A DNA stretch of 64,000 nucleotides from Ginglymostoma cirratum (Eukaryota). A model generated the notes under the pieces. It worked only from the letters and a program-made list of their open reading frames with translations, was not told where the DNA came from and ran no database searches. Every line of letters starts with the position of its first letter. Within the stretch, counting starts at the first letter, position 1. Below, piece by piece: positions 37,861 through 51,686 of the stretch. Location of the stretch: positions 36,378,037 to 36,442,036 of the forward strand of contig JAHRHZ010000030.1 of assembly GCA_024137785.1 (NCBI GenBank). Reading direction: 5' to 3'. A program made the position numbers and the translations under genes.

Positions 37861-40209
37861 GCAGCCAGGACAGTGCGTATCCCTACCCCAATTATTTCAG
37901 AATTGTAACTGAGCTTAATGATTGACAATATTAGCACTTAATCTTACTTTGTACTTTTCATAGATCATGACCCCAAACAAACTTCACTCGAAATACACTG
38001 TTATGGCAATATGAGATGGATAATGATTGTTATGACAAAGAAACAGGCCAATCAGCCCAACAGATCAGTGTCTGTGTTTATGGTCCAGACAAGCACAATG
38101 ATCAGGAATTAGAAGGTCATGGAGAAGGCATCATCAAAACGTCTAATAGATGGGTAGTACTTTAGATAATTGAAACGTTAAAGCCCATACAAAGTAATAG
38201 GCAGTTACAATTACATTTTTAAGAAGTTAAGCTGATTCCATTCAGTTCAGGTTTTCTTTTGATCATCTTCTTGATTATGAATCACCACCACTGCCTAGCA
38301 CTGTCCAGGGGCCATAACAGTTTCATATTAAACCCAAATTATTGGAAGCGTATGAAAATATTGCAACTCCCCTACCAACCCTAAAATGTGCTGGGGAGGT
38401 TGGCCATATTTCTTAGCTTTTAGAGGGACTGCCCATAAATGTCACTTCTTACTGGTGGTCTGGTCTCAAATTCATGTATGCCACCAGTCATTCTCTCTAC
38501 CCCTGGTTTCACCATTCAGCTCCAGCATCTGGTTTGATGAACCCTCCTAGTTCCATTTTCTCTCATAGCCCCTTCTTCCCAGCGTCAACCAGTTAGGTCC
38601 AGACCCCATCTAATTTCACAGTGCAAATAGACCGGAATGTCCAGAATATTGCATTCTGCTCAAACGTGAAACATTTCTTTCTTTCCCTTTTGGATCTCAC
38701 CTCCGATGCGTGCACTTCTGGTAGGTATTTTGAGGTTACTGAAGCTAAATTCTGAAGATCCAATTCAACCTCACATGTTCATTCTATTAATTTTGATTTC
38801 AACTAACATCTCCAGAATCATTTGTGAGAAAGAAAATACCTTGACTATGAGGCAGCAATATAATGAGGGAGCTGAAACAAACTCAGTGTGACTCTCAAGT
38901 GAATTCAAATTCATTAAAAAAGCTCAAGAATAATTACATAAAATTAGTTGTTTTTTTCCTTTTCCTAGCCTCCGTTTTCTGTTCATTATCTAATTTGTCT
39001 ATTATTTCTATTCAATTTGAAGTTGTCACTTCAAATTGATCCAACATCCAGTCTGCAGTAGGATCTGTTTCACACACAAATGGATGATCAAAATCCCAAT
39101 TTTACAGTCACATTTCTCAACAGTCATGTTGGAGCTCAACTTATTTTATTGAGAGAAACAGATCTTCTAGCTAATTTTATCAAAAACAAATAAAAGGGAT
39201 TTGACTTGGAAATTTTCTATACTGTTGGTAGATAGAATTCATTGTAGAAAGATGGGAGTGCTTGGTAAGAAGACAAAACAACAGAAATCTGTAAAAACTG
39301 GAGAGAAAACAGAAGCACTTGGAAAATTTAAAGGAGATATATCTAACTGACAGTAATCAAAATATAATCACAATAATGCAAAGTGAAAATGACTAAAATA
39401 AATCAGTTGATGGGATATATATCAAAGGTCAATGTTGACGCATTGTTGTGAGGTAATCCCAAAACTTTGTAAATTGTTGATGCAACATCAATTAGAATAC
39501 TGTGTACAGTCTTGGTAACTGCAGCTGTTGAAAAGAAACAAAATAGAGCAACAAGGATGGTTGAGGCAATGGAAAGATCAGATTAAAATGGAACAATTAC
39601 ATAAATTGCTCTCATTGAAAAAGGAGGGGGCCCTGAGGTCAGACACTTGCTGGCTATTGAATTCGAAGGGCACTGCCCCTGAAGGCAATGCTATGAGCAT
39701 AACATGATTAAAAAAGAAAACAACAGGTTTGACTCACCATTAGGTGACAGACTAAAAAGGGAAACTTGAAACAATCTTTCCCATTAACTGAAATGGCAAA
39801 TAGAGTGTTCTGACTGAAATGAATTAGTGGGACATTTATGGAAATCAAATGGGAAAAATTGAACAGTTAGCTCCCTTCTTGTACAGTAACCACAACAATC
39901 TACCAAGGAAGGATATGATTTGCTGTAGTTTGGGTCAAATGAAATCGCATTACAGGAAACACAAGTAGAAATCATATTAAATTGCAACAGTGACCGTACA
40001 AAATATATAGGATGGAAGAGTGTGATTTTGATTAGTCTCCAAATAGGTGCAGAAACAGCACATAGTATTTCAGAGAACAGACTTAAAGCAGCAATCTAGC
40101 AATCCCAATTATATCCAAAGAGGGGGCATCAAGGACTTATCCATTCACCACCATCCCGACCAGCTATGAAGACAATGTAAATTGTCATCATCTGATTGAT
40201 TGATTTATT

Positions 40210-40432
40210 GAGCGTGTCAGGGAGTGGTGTGTCATTACCTGCTATCTTACACTGTTACATTTTGTATCCTGTAATTTTGTTTAGGCCTTGCCATAGATGG
40301 CGGGAGTCTGTTTGGTAGGTCTGGGCCTCTAACATCATCCAGTACTACTTCTTGGCCTCCCTAATGGCTTTACAGAAGTCATATCTGGATTTTCTGCGTT
40401 GGTCTAGGACACCTAACTTGAATGCTGCATGT
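40210..40432 (-). mobile_element. Rex1/Babar-like LINE fragment
   Basis: Translates to AAFKLG..RKSRYDFCKAIREAKK...DSRHLWQGLNKITGYK; family assignment from recall. Confidence 0.65.
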
Positions 40433-40894
40433 CCTTCCTTAAATCAGCCAACAGATGCCTGACAACTTGCACCAGACTGTTAATAGCACTCAACTTAGTG
40501 TTTCAACATTCTGCAACTGAGGATTACTTCTCCAATGGAAATATCTACATTTTTTAATCAGAGGCACTAACTCAGTGTTCTGTACCAATGAGATCTACTT
40601 CTATGTATTGAAGAGATCTGGTGATGACTTGAGCTTTCAGGTATTATGTAGTAATGGTAGTTACCCCAATAACTGGGATTATTCATAGTGGATGAAGCAC
40701 ATGTAAACACCAGCCAAAACAATTAATATAGATGCCATCTACTGGTAAATATTAGAATAGCAATTACAAGCATCAGCGATGAATTAAGCAGATTGGAATG
40801 AATTTACCATGATTTGGATATTCCTTGCCCTCATCTTCCACCCGACATATATCCATCGAACACCAGATCATCATCTATTTCGGGCCACTGAAAG

Positions 40895-42200
40895 GTTACA
40901 GCACAGAAACAGGCCACTCATCCCATCACGCCTGTGCCGGCTGAATAAAATAGTCATCCATTCTAACCCTACTTCCCAGCACTTCTGTAGCAGGCTACAT
41001 CATTTCAGGTGCAGATCCAGGCTCCTTTTAAATGAGTCGAGGGTTTCCACCTCAGCCACTGAACTGGGCAGTGAATTCTAGGCTACACTCTTGGTCAAAA
41101 AAGTTCTTCACACAGCCTCTCTAATCCTTCTACTGCAACCTTAAATCTGTGCCCCCAAGTAATTTACCGCATTGCTAGAGGCAACAGGTCTCCCAGTCCA
41201 ATCTATTCAAGCCCTTCATTGTTTTCTACACCTCAATTAAGTACGCCTCAGCCTCCCCTGTTCTCAGGAAACAACCCTAGCCTAATCTTTCCTTGTAATT
41301 TTTACGCTCTAGCAACATTGCTGCAAATTTCCTCGGTATTCTCTCCACAACAATTACATCCTTCCTGTATCATCATAAACAGAACTGTACACAAAATGTC
41401 AACAGTGGCCTAACTAGTGCCTTGTATAGTTTCAGGATTACTTCCCTGCTCTTGTATTCAATAACTTGCCTAATGAAGGAAAGCATCCCATAGACCATCT
41501 TCATCACTGTATCCCGCCACCTTCAGGGACCTGTGGACATGCACCTGAAGATCTCTCACTTCCTTCACCCATCTCAACATTCTCCCATTTATTGAGGATT
41601 GCCTTGCTTGGTTTGCCCTCATTAAATGCATTATCTCACATTTCTCCAGACTGCATTCCATTTGTCACTTTTCCTCCTAGTTGATCAAATCACTGATATA
41701 TATCAGCTGTTAACAGCCACTCTTCAACAAGACTGTCAATTCTTGCATCATTTGCATATTTACCAATCATGCCTTCCACATTTAAGTCTAAATCTTCAAT
41801 TTGTATCACAAACAGCAAGGGACGCAAGAGTGAACACCAAACTCATCTGCCATTCGCACAAGATAATCACAATACATCCAATTACATTTATCCTTTGTTT
41901 CCTGTCACTGAAGCAATTTTGGATTAAGGCTGCCATATTTCCCTTTATTGTGTGGGCTTGAATTTTTCTTAACTGTCATGTGACTGTGTCAAATGCATAA
42001 CATCCATGTAGAAAACTTCCACTGTAACTCCTTACTTCTTCAAAAAAGTTGAAGCCAGTACGACACAACTTGCCTCAACAAATCTGTGCTGATTATCTCC
42101 AACTAATCAGTGCCTCTAAGTAACAGTTAATCCTCTCTCTCAATATTGATTCCAGTAACTTGGCTTTACCCATAACACGTCTTTGAACGATACTTCCAGT
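40895..42200 (-). mobile_element. Degenerate CR1 LINE fragment
   Basis: ORF remnant EKCEIMHL...VRDLQVHVHRSLKV. Confidence 0.85.
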
Positions 42201-42549
42201 GTGATGCCACCAAATGTCCCAAAAGGATCATTTCCTCTGCAACACCCTATGCCAATCCTTAATCTCACCCAAAAACTCTGGCCACGACAACTTCCAATGC
42301 AACTGATGTAGACTGAGCAATAACCTCTAGTTCTAAGTGACATTTATTGTACCTGGACTAGTGACATAGAACCCCAGGCAAATGGTCTGGAGACATGGAT
42401 TTGAATCCTAACATGGGAGAAAATGAAATGTGAATTTGACAAAAAAACTGTGACGAACAGCTGGTCTAATAGTGACTGTGTAACCACTTATTTTCCAAGC
42501 ATTGACAAGCTAGTCCATAGAAAAGAGGAGCAGGAGTATGCCATTCAGG

Positions 42550-42680
42550 ACGACCGAAGGGTTTCCAGCCCAAAATGTTTACTCTCCTGCTCTTCGGATA
42601 TGGTCAGAACTGCTGTGCTTTTCCAGCTCTACATTTATTGACTCTAGCTTCCAGCATCTGCAGTCCTTACTGACTCCACT
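42550..42680 (+). mobile_element. Single decayed arm of the Penelope-derived element
   Basis: gaagggtttccagcccaaaatgtttactctcctgctc...tccagcatctgcagtcct matches the 14200-14320 family. Confidence 0.65.
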
Positions 42681-44019
42681 TCTAAACTCCAGCAGACACA
42701 AGCTTAGCCTACCCAATCTTTTCTCATAAATCAACCCACCCATTCCAGGGATTAGTCTAGTACAAGGAGACCAATACTGAGCACTGTACCCAAGGTTGTA
42801 CTTAAGGCTTCAGCTGGAAACTAATAATGAAGATCTGATTATTTGTAGGTTATTTTGCAATAGTATCTAATGTGTCACCATGCACCTCAAACCACAAAGA
42901 AGGATTGCGAAAGACTGAAACACACACAGGAATTCTAATAGAATTAGGCTTGAAAATGACTTAAAATAGAACAAGACATTCCAGAAGAAGAAATATATTA
43001 CACAAACTGCACATCAAAGCACTCGTGCCTCATAAAACAACTCCCTTGGTAGACCTGCTGTAGAAATTAAATCAAGGCATTTACTACAGAGTGTGGCCAA
43101 AACCTGTCGAGTCTGTCAACCAGGCATTGCCAGCTTTGCTCAGCAATCCATACTGACACTTGGTCATGTGAATTTCTGGTATTTATTGTGCTCATGGTGG
43201 GGTTAATGAGATGCAGTCGTTCCTTTTGTGAATTCACAAGAGGCAGCAAGTCGTGGTATCACACAAGTCTTTCAGGTAATTAATACAAGCATCAGCAACT
43301 GACTAAACTGCTGCATTTGCAAAGTACTTAAAACCATTGGCAGGAGCAGAGAGCTGACCTAACTGTGGAGGAACTCAGCTTGTTTGATGCGGGCAATTTA
43401 TGGTACGAGTTAGTGCCAATAAACCTACGTGACCACAGCATTGTCAGGGCAGATTGTGCATACTGTAATAATTCCAATTTGCACATTATTCAGTTTGTTG
43501 CAAAATCTCTCTGCTCAAGGATTTACCATTTAACGCATAATTCATCTACGCATTTGCCACCACCCACTCAACCAAAAGCACATCATCTCACAATTTCCCA
43601 CATTAAACCTGACCCGATCTGGTCTAGTCTACAAACACTTTACTGTCCACTTCTGTTAATCCCAATGCTCCTTTTATGTCTGCAATTTCCATTGCGACCC
43701 TGTAACCACAGATCATTTACATAATTAATAAAAGCAATGGACTGCTGCTAGGCTTCATTGTTACAATTCTTCTGTTCAAAAAAAATCTATTAACCACCAA
43801 TATGTTTCCTTTTTCAACTTCCTTTTCAGGCTGCAACATTTCCTTATAAATCAAATACTTGAATTTCATTAACAAAGCTCTCATCTGGCAAAATATCAAA
43901 TGCCTTTTGAAAATGCCTTTGTGGATAGATGCCTATTGCATACCATTTAACAATCCACTGCATTATTTTCTCAAAGTACACTATACAGATTGCCAGGCTC
44001 AGCTTACTGTTTAACAAAT

Positions 44020-44352
44020 AGAAAACATAGAAGATAGAAGCAGGAGGTGGCCATTCGGCCTTTTGTGCCTGTGCCGCCATTCTTCACGATCATGGCTGAT
44101 TGTCCAACTCAATAGCCTAATCCTGCTTTCTCCCCATAACCTTTGATCCCATTCACCCCAAGTGCTATATCTAGTCACCTCTTGAATACATTAATTGTTT
44201 TGGCACCAATTACTTCCTGTGGTAACAAATTCCATAGGCTCACCACCCTTTGGGTGAAGAAATGTCTCCTCACCTCTGTCCTAAATCGTCTACCCCTAAT
44301 CGTCACAATGACCTATGGTTTTGGACACACCCACCATCAGGAACATCCTCCC
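44020..44352 (-). mobile_element. CR1 LINE 3' end
   Basis: aacatagaagatagaagcaggag...aaattccataggctcaccaccctttgggtgaagaaat. Confidence 0.8.
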
Positions 44353-44644
44353 TGATACCCTTGTGGTATCAGATCATAATTCATTTAGTTCTTTCTATAC
44401 AAGAATTATTTTTTACCATACAGATTGGTTTCAAAGAACTGACACTACTGATGTCAGGCTAGTAAGCCTATTATTACTTGTTTTATCCCTTTAGACTGTA
44501 CATGCTACCGTCCTGTCCTGTGGTGCAACTTCCATATCTAAAAACATTGTGGTCATATCCTCACCAATTTCTTACTCAATCCTCAGCAAGCTATAAGGCA
44601 CATCACCCAAGTCCAACGCCCTTTTCATTTTACCACCATCATGG

Positions 44645-44860
44645 TAAGGGTCTTCTGCTGCAGTGGTATTGTCCCTGCCTCTGAGCCAAGAGGGCTGGGT
44701 TCAAGTCCCATCTGCTCCAGAGGTGTGCAATAAAATCTCTGAACAGATTGATTGGAAAATAAACAAAGCCATTCAAAGAAAAGAAAAAACCCCATCATAT
44801 CATTCAAAACACAAAATACTCTGCCATTACCACACTGCTGCTCATGGGATCTTGCTGTCC
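44645..44860 (+). mobile_element. tRNA-derived SINE fragment
   Basis: gcagtggtattgtccctgcctctgag...GGGTTCAAGTCCC (A-box and B-box-like). Confidence 0.6.
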
Positions 44861-45128
44861 TTCCCCCCCTCCCCTTTACTGCCACACTTTTGACTATGCT
44901 TGGCCAGCTAATTGCTCCACATTCTCATCTTGAATGCTTTCATTCCTGCTGTAGAATTACTCCCCATGAACGGAGGCAACACATTCATTTGTTGTCTGAG
45001 GTTGCTTCATTCTTTCCTCAATCTGTTCAGCCTCCTCGTTATCTTGAGACATTAGGATTGGTTGCTGCTGTCACTAGACCACATACATCCTGCACCATGA
45101 CTTGCATGTGCCAATTTTACTTTGTTTT

Positions 45129-45183
45129 CAGTGCGCATCTTAATAAAGCACAGTGCACATCTTAATAAAGCACAGTGCACATC
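45129..45183. repeat. 22-bp tandem repeat, 2.5 copies
   Basis: Unit CAGTGC(G/A)CATCTTAATAAAGCA. Confidence 0.9.
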
Positions 45184-45852
45184 AGGAACATTTGTTGAAA
45201 AGCTGTCATCAGTTGTTTACCAGCGTTAACGCCAATTCCTGGGAAAACTGAAAAGCAACCCTATTCCACCTTCATAGAGATGAAACATGTTATCCCCAAA
45301 TTTTTTGCAACAGGCTGAACAAATAAAACAAAAAAGACTAGCTACAGAAAAAGAAGCATGCTTCGAAACACAAGGTTCAGGCCTCCACACAATATAGTTG
45401 AGAAATTGACAGTTCTGTCCATTAGCAACATGCTAACAATTTCAGGGTGTGCACCAGCATGGGTTTGCCTTGACTCTAATTGGAATACATTATTGAGGTA
45501 AACTGTAATCCTGAGTGCAAAACTAGCCCCTACATCCTTCCTCAACTCACTAATTAGATCCTCGATTCTTCCTTACTCCAAACTTGATACCCTCATCCTG
45601 AAAAATCCCAAGGAGCTCATGAAGATTTTAGAAGCTGCGGTGACAATGTTGTGAAGGTGGAAGGAAGATATTGGGGTCAGAAACTCAGTTTGTGGTTACA
45701 GGTCATTGAGATTATCTTTCCATGGTCAAGGAGTTCCAGAAAGGGGAATGTAGTTGGTAGCAAGGTTACAGAGACAGTAATGGGTTCTGGACGAGGAAGG
45801 AGCACAGAAATACAAGTTGAAATAAAGAAAACTAAGTTAAATTTTAGCAACA

Positions 45853-46180
45853 GGGGAGGCAATGGCCCAGTGGTGTTATCACTGGACCGTTAATCTATAT
45901 ACTCAGGTAAGATTACGGGGGCCAGGGTTCAAATCCTGAATTCAATAATGAATCTTGAATTAAGAGTGTAACGATGAGATAAAACCATTGCCAATTGTCA
46001 AAAATACACATCACTAAATGCCCTTTTGGGAAGGAAATCTATCATCCTTACCTAGTCTGGCGTACATGTGACTCCAGAAACAATGTTGGTTGACTCCAAA
46101 CTACTCTCTAGGCAATTAGGGATGGGCAATAAATGCTGGCCTAGCCAGAGTCACCCACATCCCGTGAGTGAATAAAAAAT
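45853..46180 (+). mobile_element. tRNA-derived SINE, same family as 3555-3915
   Basis: TGGCCCAGTGG A-box, GGTTCAAATCC B-box, ggcaattagggatgggcaataaatgctggcc tail. Confidence 0.82.
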
Positions 46181-46560
46181 ACCTACAAGAAAATACTATG
46201 CTATAACTGTTTTACTCCCAACATTGTTTAACAATTTCAGTGAAATTTTTTGAAATGACCAATCAAAATCCACATTGTAAATGATGCAAGGTTGACACCA
46301 TCTGCATTAGTTTTCTCACAGTAAAATTTAAACAGTAAATGGGATAAGCTTCACACTAGAAGTTAGAGTTTTAGGAGTTAAAAAAATCTATTCACTAGAA
46401 AGGCAAAAACACTTGGTGAAATGACCATTAGGATATTAATACAAATTAAGCAGGTTAACCTGAGGCTTTTAATTTATAAAAGCTGCAGCAAAAAATACAA
46501 AGACTGTAGCGGCAATAATGGAGAAAGCCTTTTGGATACCTTGAGGTCTTCTTAACTCAC

Positions 46561-46584
46561 CTGACAGAGATGTATTACCATTTT
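46561..46584 (-). CDS. RELCH: Candidate 24-nt alternative microexon KMVIHLCQ
   Basis: tcctag|AAAATGGTAATACATCTCTGTCAG|gtgagt; in frame in a phase-0 intron; UGC motif about 15 nt upstream of the acceptor. Confidence 0.75.
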
Positions 46585-46739
46585 CTAGGATCAGAAATGC
46601 AAGTACAGAGTAAGTATATAACAAACTTGCTCCAGAATACAGAACAGGAGTAGTGAGATTGAAATTGTAAGAAACAAAATGAGAGAATGATTAAAATCTT
46701 TGTAACTGCACTTATAACGAAATAATGCTTTTCTCTTAC

Positions 46740-46835
46740 TTCTCGTTTTGCTAGCAGCACATTTGGTACTATGTGTGGTAGACATCGTCCCAACATCAGC
46801 ATTACACACTGCTCACTATCTGCGATTCGAGAAAC
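46740..46835 (-). CDS. RELCH: RELCH exon VSRIADSEQCVMLMLGRCLPHIVPNVLLAKRE
   Basis: 96 nt, gtccag acceptor, gtaaga donor. Confidence 0.96.
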
Positions 46836-47524
46836 CTGGACAAGGGGGAAACAAACTTTATTTATGCAACTATTTGTACAGCTCTGTTGTTTAAAATTGT
46901 GCTTTCATTGCAAATTGGCAAAATAAAATTGAAAATAAAAGCATATGTCCACACTCTCAATTATCTGAAATGACGGTGTCACTACCTCGGTATCAATAAC
47001 TGACCAGCTTCACATCACACCCTTCAACAGCTGTGGAATTACTTTTCCAACAAAGCACCCTTGGACTTTTAAGAATTTTTATCCATTACTCAGATGCAAG
47101 TGTAAGGGCTCCTCATGTCTTAATAGCTAGTTTAACATTTCCAATTTCCCCTCAGTTTCACAAGTAGAATTTCCCCCAATTATTAGCGCATTCATCCATC
47201 CTTCAATGTTCTCTGTTCTGATTTGGAAGCTACCTTGTCATCCAATGGTAGAGTTCTCAACTCAAGTTCATCACTTTCACAAAGACACATCATAGACAAG
47301 GACAAGAACACAGCTTCCACTTGGGAAAAGTACTGTGTAAAAGCTTCCAGGAAATGTACCTATCCTTCTTGCTCATACTTTGCTTTAAAATGGGAATAAA
47401 CATGCAAGTAAGATTAGAAATGACCTCTTTAGTGTTGCACTTGCTGATCATGTGTGAGCAGCATCCAAAATTCTGAGAGTTTGCTTGTTTGAATAATTGG
47501 AAAGCTTAAAATAAAAAAGCACGC

Positions 47525-47855
47525 AGAATCCCTCCAGTGTGTAAGGAGGTAATTAGGCCCATCGAGTCTGCACCAACCCTCCCAAGAGCATCCCACCCAG
47601 ACCCACCCTATTCCTGTAACCCCACACTTCCCATGGCTAATCCACCCAGCCTGCACATCCCTGACACTACCGTGCAATTTAGCATAGCCAATCCACCTAA
47701 CCTCCACATATTTGGATTTTTGCAGGTAAAACAGAGCACCCAGAGGAAACCCGTGCAGCAACAGGGAGAACATGCAAACTCTATACAGACAGTTGCCCGA
47801 GTCTGGAATAAAACCCAGGTCCCTGATGCTGAGAGGCATCAGTGCTGACCACCAA
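47525..47855 (-). mobile_element. HE1-like SINE, near full length, with an internal duplication
   Basis: tRNA-like head, central tgtgtagagtttgcatgttctccc-like domain, CR1-like tail; aatccacc...cac(c/t) segment present twice. Confidence 0.78.
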
Positions 47856-48265
47856 GAGTAGAAGACGGAACCCACCCTGCATGCAAGTATTCACTGTGTA
47901 CACAGGTTTGAAATTACTACCCTTCAAGGGACAGTGCATTTTTCTTGTGGCTGCGTCAAATGTAGGGATCTCCCCTACAAATTGGATGCCTCCAATCTCC
48001 AACTTAAAGCTACCATAAATCATTAACTCTTGATAAAGGAAAAATCAGAGGTACTTAGCATCCATCATCCAGTTCTGGACTGACAAATGAACAGAAGGAG
48101 TGAAATGGTACAGAACAGTCTCTCAAACAGAAACCTGCATAAGTTAAGATTCACATGACAACTACACACCAATATTCAACATATTAACAGGAATCTCATT
48201 CTAAAGATCACAGAGAATACATTTTAGGTCTATATAAATGTGCAAATTTTGAACCAAGAGTTTAC

Positions 48266-48341
48266 CTCTGCGCCCAAGCGACTGTCAGTTGCCATGCGGC
48301 AAAAAGACAGCAGTGCTTGATGAAATGCAGGTGATAACATC
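48266..48341 (-). CDS. RELCH: RELCH exon (R)MLSPAFHQALLSFCRMATDSRLGAE
   Basis: 76 nt, tttcag acceptor, gtaaac donor. Confidence 0.95.
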
Positions 48342-48529
48342 CTGAAAACAAAACAGGCATATTGAACAAAATTTTAGAATTAGAACTTTTACAGTATACA
48401 GTTATAATATGCTTAATTAAACCCATCATAAGCAGTTTAATGGTCAGCTATTCTCGGACACACCTCACCTTGCTTTGCTCATCTCAACTTACATCATCCA
48501 AAATCAGAGTCATTCACTGACATTTTAAA

Positions 48530-49300
48530 AAATTAATTCATGGGACGTGTCAGTGTCAACGTTAATAATTTACTTCTAGTCGCCCTTGAGAATATGGTGG
48601 TGAATGGCCTCCCTGAACTGCTGCAGTCATGCGGTGAAGGGGAACTGTCTATTTTTAGATAGGGAGCTTCAGGATTGTGTTTCAGTGAAAAGGAATAGCA
48701 ATAAATCACAAATTGACGTGAGATTTACAGCTGAAGTTGGAGGTGGTAGTGTTGTCTTTATCCCAGCAGGCAGTACAGATCCTGGGTTTGAGAGGTACTG
48801 TTGAAGCTTTGGTGAATTGTTGCAGTGTCCATCTTGCTGACAGCATACATGTGCTGGGGAACGACAAGTTACAGTGGGCAATGTGGTGCTGATCAAGCTG
48901 AGCTTCACAAGAGGTGCCGGAACTGCACTCACAGATATGTGGAGAATATTCCATCACACTCTTGAACTGATCAGTGCAGACAGTGGACAAACTTTGAGGA
49001 CTCAGGAGCTGTTACTTAACAAATTCCTAGTCTCGGACTTATAAAATTGGTCCAGCTAGGTTTCTGGTTTCCCTCTGGCTATTGATGCAGGGGGATTGGC
49101 AATGGCATAGTCAAGGGGAGTTTTATTATGTGATGGTCATTGCACTTAAGTGGCAAGTAACATTCATTAGCCCAACTTCGGATGTCATACAGGTTTAGCT
49201 GCATGTAGGCGCAGAACATTTCATAACTACAGGAGTTGCAAATGGAACGGAACACTGTGGAATCAGTTAGCTCTCTCAATTCTGAATCTGAAATGGAGGC
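48530..49300 (-). mobile_element. Degenerate non-LTR retrotransposon 3' region
   Basis: ORF remnant TVCTDQFKSVMEYSPHIC; 3' end resembles the SINE tail. Confidence 0.6.
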
Positions 49301-50049
49301 AAGATTATGAATCAAACAACTTCCATGAGTTTAGTTTCCAGTGTCTGGAACCCCTGCAGCAAAGGCTTGGACTCAGATGAGTGACCTTCAGTAGCCACAG
49401 CCATTTTCCATTCTGCTTATTGTAGAAAGGACCAACATCTCTCTCAACACTGGATTCTACTCCTACAGCATAGACAATGTCAAAATCAACATAGGCCAGA
49501 ATCAGTATGTCTTGAACTAGGATCTTAACTTGTTTAAAAATGATTGGAGGCTTCATTAGGTTGATCCTGGGTATGGCAGGAGGTTCAAGTAGAATTGGTA
49601 GAAAGGAGTTGGCAACAGAGATGAATGGAACTTCCTTCACTCAGACAGTAGTCAACTTGTGACATTATTTAGCAGAGAGGCGTACAGGCTGCATGGTTCA
49701 GCATATTCAAGGTTGAGAGAGACAGATTTTGTCAGCAGGGGAACCGAGGGATATGGGGAAAAGCCAGGAAAATGGAGCTGAGGATAATCAGAGCAGTCAC
49801 AAGTAGAAGAGATTTGGTGGGCTGAACGGCTGACTTCAGTTCTGACACCTTAGTCTCAAGATCAGATGGAAGAAAGAAAAATGGAAAAGGACTTTGTTTA
49901 AATGGTCTTTCACAAACTTGGAATGCCCTGAAGCTCTTTAAGCCAATTAAGTATTTTTGGAGTGGCATTACTATTGCAATGCCAGCAATGCAGCAGCCAA
50001 CTGGTGTACAGCAAGCTTACCAGCAGTAAAATCAATAATAAGATCATAA

Positions 50050-50555
50050 GACACTTGTTAAACCTCAGTTGCAGTAATGTACAATTGTGGGCACCACATC
50101 GTAGGAAAGACATTGGAGAGAGTGCAGAAGTGATTTACAAGATTGAGAAACATGAGTTTTGAGGATAGATTGAAGAAGTTGAGACTGCTCTCCTTGGAGA
50201 AAAGGTGGCTAAGAGGAGATCTCGTTGGAGGTTTTCAAAGTCATGAGCGAGCTGGATTGAACAAATAAGTAGAAGCTGTTCCCGCTCATAAAAGGAACTA
50301 GAATAATAGGACAAAATTGGAAGTGATATGCAAAAGAAGCAAAGGTGATGTGAGAAAAATCTTTTTCACACAGAATAGTTAGGGTGTGGAGGTGGTTCAA
50401 TTGAAACATTCAAAAGGGCATTGGATGATTACTTGGATAGAAATAGTGTACAGGGATATGGGGAGAAAGCTGGAGATTGGCACTAGGTAATGACACTTGT
50501 TTGAAGAGCCAGTGCAGGCATAAGCCTTACAACCTTCTGCACCATGACAATTCAG
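50050..50555 (+). mobile_element. CR1 LINE 3' fragment
   Basis: VQLWAPH, then ctccttggagaaaaggtggctaagaggagatct. Confidence 0.85.
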
Positions 50556-50619
50556 ATTCATTTCAGGCATTGTTTGATGGATGAATCTTGACTAGGAGAT
50601 GCTCACTGCCCTTCTTTGA

Positions 50620-50812
50620 TTGGTGCCATCTAATTTCTTACACTGGACTTGAGGGGTCAGATGTTTTATTCAAACTGACACCTCTGTGTAGCATTCCTTC
50701 AGTACTGCACTGGAAATTCCAACATAGATTATGTCCTCAAGTCACTGGAATGGGATTTGACTCCTTAAATTTTTTTTGACTCAGCAGTAAGCATGTGACC
50801 AGTGATCCAAGG
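50620..50812 (-). mobile_element. Ancient DeuSINE-like fragment
   Basis: ttcagtactgcactggaaa...tagattatgtcctcaagtcactggaatgggatttgac resembles the Deu domain plus tRNA head (from recall). Confidence 0.55.
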
Positions 50813-51686
50813 GAGCAAAAAATGTTCTACTCTGTTTAGCCCTCCATCCAAAAAAGCAAAACCACACCCTATTTCCTCCACTGAAGTCTCTTGACATTAC
50901 ATACCACCTGAGAATGTTCAACTGTGTGACATTCAGTGATATTTATTACTGATACTCAACCATTTGCTAGTAGTGTTGTCACTACAGGATATAAATGAGT
51001 GAAAACTTTAAACTGGTAATTACTTTTGTACAAGGAGTACAGATGGTCATTGTTTCAATATCCTGAGTATGCACCCTAATTAAAACTTTCATTACTACCT
51101 TAGCTCACCAGTCACATACTCCACCAATCCTACCCCTTGTCCCATAAAATCATTTTACTGTTGGAGCATACAGCAAATCCCAAAAACCTAGAAACCAAAT
51201 TGCTGACCCACTTAAGCATTTGAAGATTATAGGACAAGTGATTGCAACTGTTCAGATCTATTCAGAAACCAGAATTTGCACATTTCCTGCGATACTATGG
51301 TACCGGAATAGGAAATCTTTACACAATTATTTGCTTTGACCTTGATGACCATATGTAAAAAGCACTAGATAAATTTGATTATACAGAAAGCACAGGATAA
51401 TGATGACAGCTTTCACAAGAAGCTCAAAGTCAAGTTTCTACTGATGTATTTCACTGGCATTGTAAAAGCCTTTCCTGATGACAGTGAACAATAATCCAAA
51501 AAGATGCCCAGCGATTAAGTGTAAAAAGCAGATTAAAAGGCTTGTCAAGATAGATTTCTTTCAAAATTGGAGATGAGATTAATATACATGAAAGCAAGCC
51601 AGATAAAACGGATGCACAGCGTATGTAAACTTACAAATCAGATCAATCGCTTGTTATTCCGTGATGACTTAACAGCAGCAACTGAC

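Noticed and set aside
47429-47875. 148-aa and 103-aa ORFs; tRNA-like boxes here and at 45853 and 3830-3915
   Set aside because: These are SINE bodies; the heads are tRNA-derived but show no complete cloverleaf.
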